Shown here one piece after another: positions 59,054 through 64,000 of a DNA stretch of 64,000 bases; the first letter of the stretch is position 1; each line of letters opens with the position of its first letter. The stretch is from Dudresnaya verticillata. Its lineage: Eukaryota. The stretch is taken from contig OZ374559.1 of the NCBI GenBank assembly GCA_977862235.1, forward strand, positions 1,550,001 through 1,614,000, read 5' to 3'. The notes beneath the pieces are model-generated. The model searched no databases. It had not been told where the DNA came from and saw nothing but the letters and a program-made list of their open reading frames with translations. The translations under genes were made by a program, and so were the position numbers.

Positions 59054-59938
59054 GAAACACTGCATTTGTCACGATATTCACGGAGTAGTTGCTGTTCGCG
59101 AATGTTATGAAGAGACGGGGCGAGGAAATGGTGCAAAGTAGGAGAATCAAAAGGTACCAGGAGTCGGATCCAGGCGAGAGAGGACAGGACGGAGGTGATA
59201 TAGCTGCAGTGGGCAATGTGACGAGCATTGGTAAGACCTAGTCCACCGTGCCGCATGGGGAGCGAAACCAGATCCCAGGATTCATCCGACAGTGGAAAGT
59301 GTGTGTGTTCAAACACTCCACGCAGGCCAGAGTCATACGTTATTGAAATAGCTTGGGTTAGTTGCGGGGGAGTGCATCGCAGTAGGTATGAAAGCTTGGA
59401 AGTTCCGGCACAGTAGCGTAATGAATGAAAAACGAGTTCCGGATCATTAAGCTGCTTCAGTTGGGCCCAGAAATATTGGATGGGCTCATGCTTAGCCCCA
59501 CTGCGATGTGCAGATTGAAACCAATTTTGGGGCCTTGGGTCTTTAGAAACTGGATAACATCGAAAGCAATAGAACGGGGAACCGCAACATGAATGTCATC
59601 AGCATATGCAGCAAGACGTTTGATGGAGGCGAACGTAGAGAGCATGCTGATGAGCAGGGGATGAATCGCGAGAGCAAAAAGTAACATGCTCAACGGATCA
59701 CCCTGCTGTGTACCTGTCCGACTGAACAACTGAAACTGACCAAATAGAAGAACGGGGTCAGTCGAGAAAAGGAAATGCACAAACTTTGCAATGCCAGGAG
59801 CTCTTTCGATAACTTCACTGAGAATAAGAGAACGCTCAACACAGTTAAAAGCGTTGGTGGCATCAAGCTTAAGAAGGACATAGTCTTGCTCAGTATTAGA
59901 CTCCACGAAAGAACGTATGGCGTGAAAAATAGATTCGG
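59054..59938 (-). mobile_element. CRE/R2-like non-LTR retrotransposon, 5'-truncated RT part, right of the copia insertion
   Basis: AESIFHAIR, KLDATNAFN, GTQQGDPLS, YADD and SLPMRHGGLGL. Confidence 0.9.
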
Positions 59939-61759
59939 CATGACAATAATGAAGAAAGAGTGCAAGGAATGTTCTTCCAATGTCAAGAATCCCTTGCACG
60001 GTTCAGCTTCAGAATTCAGGAAAATGGTCACCAAGCCTTCTGGGTTCTGCTGAGGCTCCGATTGATGGAAGATATACGAGTACGCTTGGTCATACCATCT
60101 TCATTGAGAACATCAACATTGTGGTTGGATCTGAGCGGCAGTAGGTGAAGGCCGATGATAGTGCCATGCATTCTATGTGTGGATACTGATACTTCCATAT
60201 ATATATGTATGTATAGCACTCCGTTCTCACAGCACGGATGAATTCAACTCTCTCACTCCCTGCCTCATCTGCGCTATCCTCCGCTACAGTCAATCAATGC
60301 AAATTGCTCCAGATTAATCGTAGAATTTCATGTACTGTACGTCATTTGGAGGAGACCAGCATTCTTGAGACCCGATCTTCTCAACTCTTACCCGATCTAT
60401 GCTGTCTCAACTCTGACGGGGCTACTGGACCTTCCTTCTCTCTAGCAACTTTATCGCGATCAAGATATCCATGACCGTTAGGTCTAACGTGATATCGCGA
60501 CTTTATTATTCATCTATCAAGAACAAGAAGGAAGCTCTAGAAGCTTTCCCCGTCAGAGATAACTAGTTTACCATGTTTGTCCAGAAAAGGCGTCAGAGGT
60601 GCTTAGATGCCAAAGGTCACGACATGTGCTTCATAAAACCTAGAACAACAGTAGATCGGAACAGTAGAGCTAGCAGTACGGCGGTACACGCAAGCCTGTC
60701 CAGTGCCGCAGTTGATAAGGCGCTCGTAGTAGAAGTCCATTCCAGTGAAGGATCCCTTCCACAGAGCAGCGTGGTTAAACTGTCCATCCCCGGCCACAGT
60801 CTTGTAGCTGCACGAGCCCCGGTAGCCCGCAAGGAGCTCCATGGAGCGAGTCCTGATAGTCGTGAGGTAGGAAACTGGAGTTCTACCCTCGCATAGGATG
60901 AAGGCACCTCTGTAGGGACTACCTGGAACCTTCTCAGATGTTTCGAGTTTGGCCATCTTGGAGTCATGGTCCAGAACTGTGTCCGTGGCCTTGCTTGCCT
61001 TCACATCTCCCTTGAGCTCGACACCGGCCTCCAGAGCGTCATCTTCCTTGATCTCAACGTTTTCGCAGTGAGCCACACTGGCAAAGAACAGAACTGCTAC
61101 GGAGAGGGCGAGAACGGCTTTGTAGGACCTCATAGTTGGAGCAAGTATCGGTGTCTGTACGATTTCTTTTGCTCTTCGGACGATTGGGTTTAGGTTTTGA
61201 GAAAATGTAGTGAAGTGAAGCCATGGCGCAATTATATACCTCTTGAACATTCTTTTATTCGACACGATTGATTGTAAAATAGCATACGACTGGGAAACTC
61301 CCATTAACGCAAGCAGTGGAAAGGCTAGCCTCATGTGGACTCATACGTTTCAGGTTCACAAGCATGTCCTCCACCTTGGTGTTTACAAGAATTTACCAAC
61401 TCTGCAATAGTAATATTGCTATGTCTTAGTTCGTACAGCTGAGATTCAAATTCGTATGAGTGAATTGAAGCTGACCTGCATCGCCACTTAGAAAGCCGGT
61501 CGAATTGTACTACCAAACACAGAGCGGATGAAATCGTGCAGCGTTCAGCGGTGCTGAACCTTATGCTAGCATTTTTTGTACCCGGTAGGATTCAGTGTTG
61601 GTAAGCCTTATGATATCTTTCATAACGGAGAGGAATATTTGCAATGAGTTTCGCTAGTTCAGTTCGGCTCGTCACTCGGTAAAGCTGTTTGATGACTCGA
61701 ATGGGAACCTGCCTCGGGGATATGCCCTTGCTTGCGACGTTTCCAGCCTCTATCTGGCA
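59939..61759. repeat. Segmental duplication, copy C (direct repeat of 46691-48534)
   Basis: Colinear with copy A. The left edge coincides with the 5' truncation point of the non-LTR element. Confidence 0.93.
60603..61133 (-). CDS. Small secreted Cys-rich pre-pro-protein, copy C (176 aa)
   Basis: Signal peptide MRSYKAVLALSVAVLFFASVAHC; C-terminal domain identical to copies A and B. Confidence 0.88.
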   Translation of the reverse strand: MRSYKAVLALSVAVLFFASVAHCENVEIKEDDALEAGVELKGDVKASKATDTVLDHDSKMAKLETSEKVPGSPYRGAFILCEGRTPVSYLTTIRTRSMELLAGYRGSCSYKTVAGDGQFNHAALWKGSFTGMDFYYERLINCGTGQACVYRRTASSTVPIYCCSRFYEAHVVTFGI

Positions 61760-61774
61760 AGAACCGCATTCAAC

Positions 61775-61833
61775 GCATTCGGATGCTCTCCAGACCTACT
61801 TATAGCATTCGGATGCTCTCCAAACCTACTTAT
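61775..61833. repeat. 30-bp tandem duplication
   Basis: GCATTCGGATGCTCTCCA(G/A)ACCTACTTAT occurs twice. Confidence 0.9.
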
Positions 61834-64000
61834 TGGTTTCTTCCAATAACTGATTGGCTACGGGATCGGCTCCACTGAAATCGTATAGCGCGACCTGATA
61901 TTTTCCGACGACGGAACGGTTCACATAAACTATGTTTGAAGCATAATGGCTTTCTGGCTGCGCTTATATCGACAGACTTTATGTTGAGCATAGACATCAC
62001 AAAATGCGTATACCCCAAAGCCTCCTAGAGAGAGCCCATCGCTCGCCCCTTTAGCTGTAACAATGAACATTGTAACATAACACCGAGTAATGGTCTTTTT
62101 GGATGATCGCAGATATCCCTCTACTACCAGCTTCGCCCAATGAGAATGGCGTAAAACAAACCCCTACAGTTTCACATTCCGTAGATAAAGATTGTGCAGG
62201 GGGGAAATCTCCAGTTCGTTTTCCTCAGGCTATGAAGATATGCTAAGTTTCGAATTCTCTGCCCATACTTTCGTGTAAAGAACCGTCTACATGCGGGGCA
62301 ACAAGGAATTATCCGCCGTGTCTGGAAAAACGTTGAAAGTCGCTTCTTTTCCCGACTGTAAAATCTTGTTGCCGGTTTCATATCGCCTGGGATCATATCA
62401 AGCATCCGAGGAGGAGCAAGTGCGGAATTGCTACTTTGTGTAGTGTACTCCATCATCCATCTGGGAGAGGTGACAGAGTACGCATTTGCATATGCCCCTT
62501 TCCGGTATTGCTTTGTTTGCGACAGGGGGAACTGCTTTGTTGGTGCAGAGCTGTCGTTTACAAAATTTTGTACAGCGAGCGAACGAAAATGATCTCCGCA
62601 AACGTTCATATGTATTCGCGGCGCCCTCGGAATTATGGCATTGTAATGCTGGGATTTCGTCGCTTTGTTCCTGACATCAACCGCTCTGTACTGAAACTAG
62701 TTTCACCCGACGTTACAGCTAGCCCAGCCCGTGCTTTTGTTTGAACAGACCGAAGGTAACACTCTCCTTTTTCTTCTGAAAGAATGGGATATCTGCAGCA
62801 GACTTCCGCCTAGAAAACCTGGTAGCAAATCCTGAGATAAGCTCGATATTGTAAAGACGATTACTGCATATGGTTCATGTTCTCACGTGGGGCTCTGCAA
62901 ATAAATCTGTTAATCCCCTCGCAACTTCGATTTGAAGTATGTAGATACCTACACAAGTAGGATCTTAAGTAGGGAGCATCACAGCACTACACCAAGCAAA
63001 GCCACACTGAAGCGGAATAGCTTAGTGGTTTCTTTTTGCTTGGACCGCCATGGAGGTCGTGGGATCGAGTCCCGCGGGTGCGTGCACGTGCGAAGCTGGA
63101 GAGTAGTCTGCCAGTACAACATTAAATATATATGGAATGCGAAACCGTAAGAATGTACCTTTACCCAAAGGTGGAGAAGGTCCGATGGATAATTTGGCAA
63201 GAAGAAGGGTTCTATTATTCTTCGATCTTCGTGAAGGCGAGCAGTATAATCGTTCTTTTACGACGTATCTATTCCACTGTTTGCGCAGAAAGAAAAGTCG
63301 TTGAATGAGCATTAACCTTCCACATCGAGTGCGGTCTGTATGCAATGTGGCATGCATAGTTCTGAGCTGCGCTCGTGAGCACAGGGTTTTCTTACACTGG
63401 TCTTCTTCTATTGGAATCGGTGGGCTTTTCAAAGGGGATCCAAAGGGTACAACGCAGTATAGGTCTACCCATCTACGAAATAATAACATCCTTGTCTAAA
63501 GGTTCTAATCTCTAGTTCTTAGGGAAGCAATGTCGACATGACGATTGAACATATTCGGGCTCTTAATGGACTTCGACTTTGACTTCCAAGGTCTATAGCA
63601 AACCAAATCCTCATCCGATTCTACTGTTGGATGCCCTTTTTTACAGTTTAAGGGAGATGGTCTGCGCAACGTTCTCTCATGCTCATGCTTGGGTCCAAGC
63701 TTGGACACTTCCTATTCGGTTTTAATCACCTCTCTGTCTGCGAATGGCGATAAATGAAACTTCCGGTTAAATACACCATTGCAGCTTCCTTTCATGCATT
63801 GGATTGCAGTCTTATCTATCAGTGTCAGAGAACGCTTACTGTTTCCCGAAATGCATTTCAAGGTTGCAGACTGGCACAGTTGAATCGCTGCCATTGTCGA
63901 GGGCATTACATGCTAATTGTTCCATATTGTGTAATACCGCAGGACAAGGGCGATGTGTTTTTCTCGGCATGGAACGGAAAAACTTTCTGGTCATGTTCAT

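Noticed and set aside
43000..64000. An NADPH oxidase or other H2O2-supplying partner for the haloperoxidases
   Set aside because: No ferric-reductase, FAD- or NADPH-binding motifs were seen in any ORF of the window.

Overview
Eukaryotic, transposon-dense window, most likely from a florideophyte red alga. This is inferred from two intronless red-algal/cyanobacterial-type vanadium haloperoxidase genes and from the retroelement types. 1-23 kb (GC-rich): two minus-strand Ty3/gypsy elements that share a tRNA-Tyr-type PBS. Element A is decayed and cut by the window edge. Element B (8765-21616) is full length, with an ATTGC target-site duplication, a chromodomain, a -1 frameshift signal and a large antisense accessory ORF ending in a SUMO-interacting-like motif. 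23.9-32.8 kb: a palindrome with ~3.65-kb arms, each carrying an identical secreted-protein gene. 38.6-42.9 kb: a tandem pair of vanadium-dependent haloperoxidases that differ at a known halide-specificity position. 44.5 kb: a degenerate tRNA-Glu. 46.7-61.8 kb: three copies of a small secreted Cys-rich pre-pro-protein with an identical mature domain, plus a 5'-truncated CRE/R2-like non-LTR element. That element is interrupted by a young Ty1/copia element (53775-59053), the most unusual object in the window: non-canonical AAT...ATT termini, a half-tRNA-iMet-type PBS containing the gag ATG, a CCHH knuckle and a Tudor-like domain after the integrase. All calls come from reading the sequence; no database searches were run.
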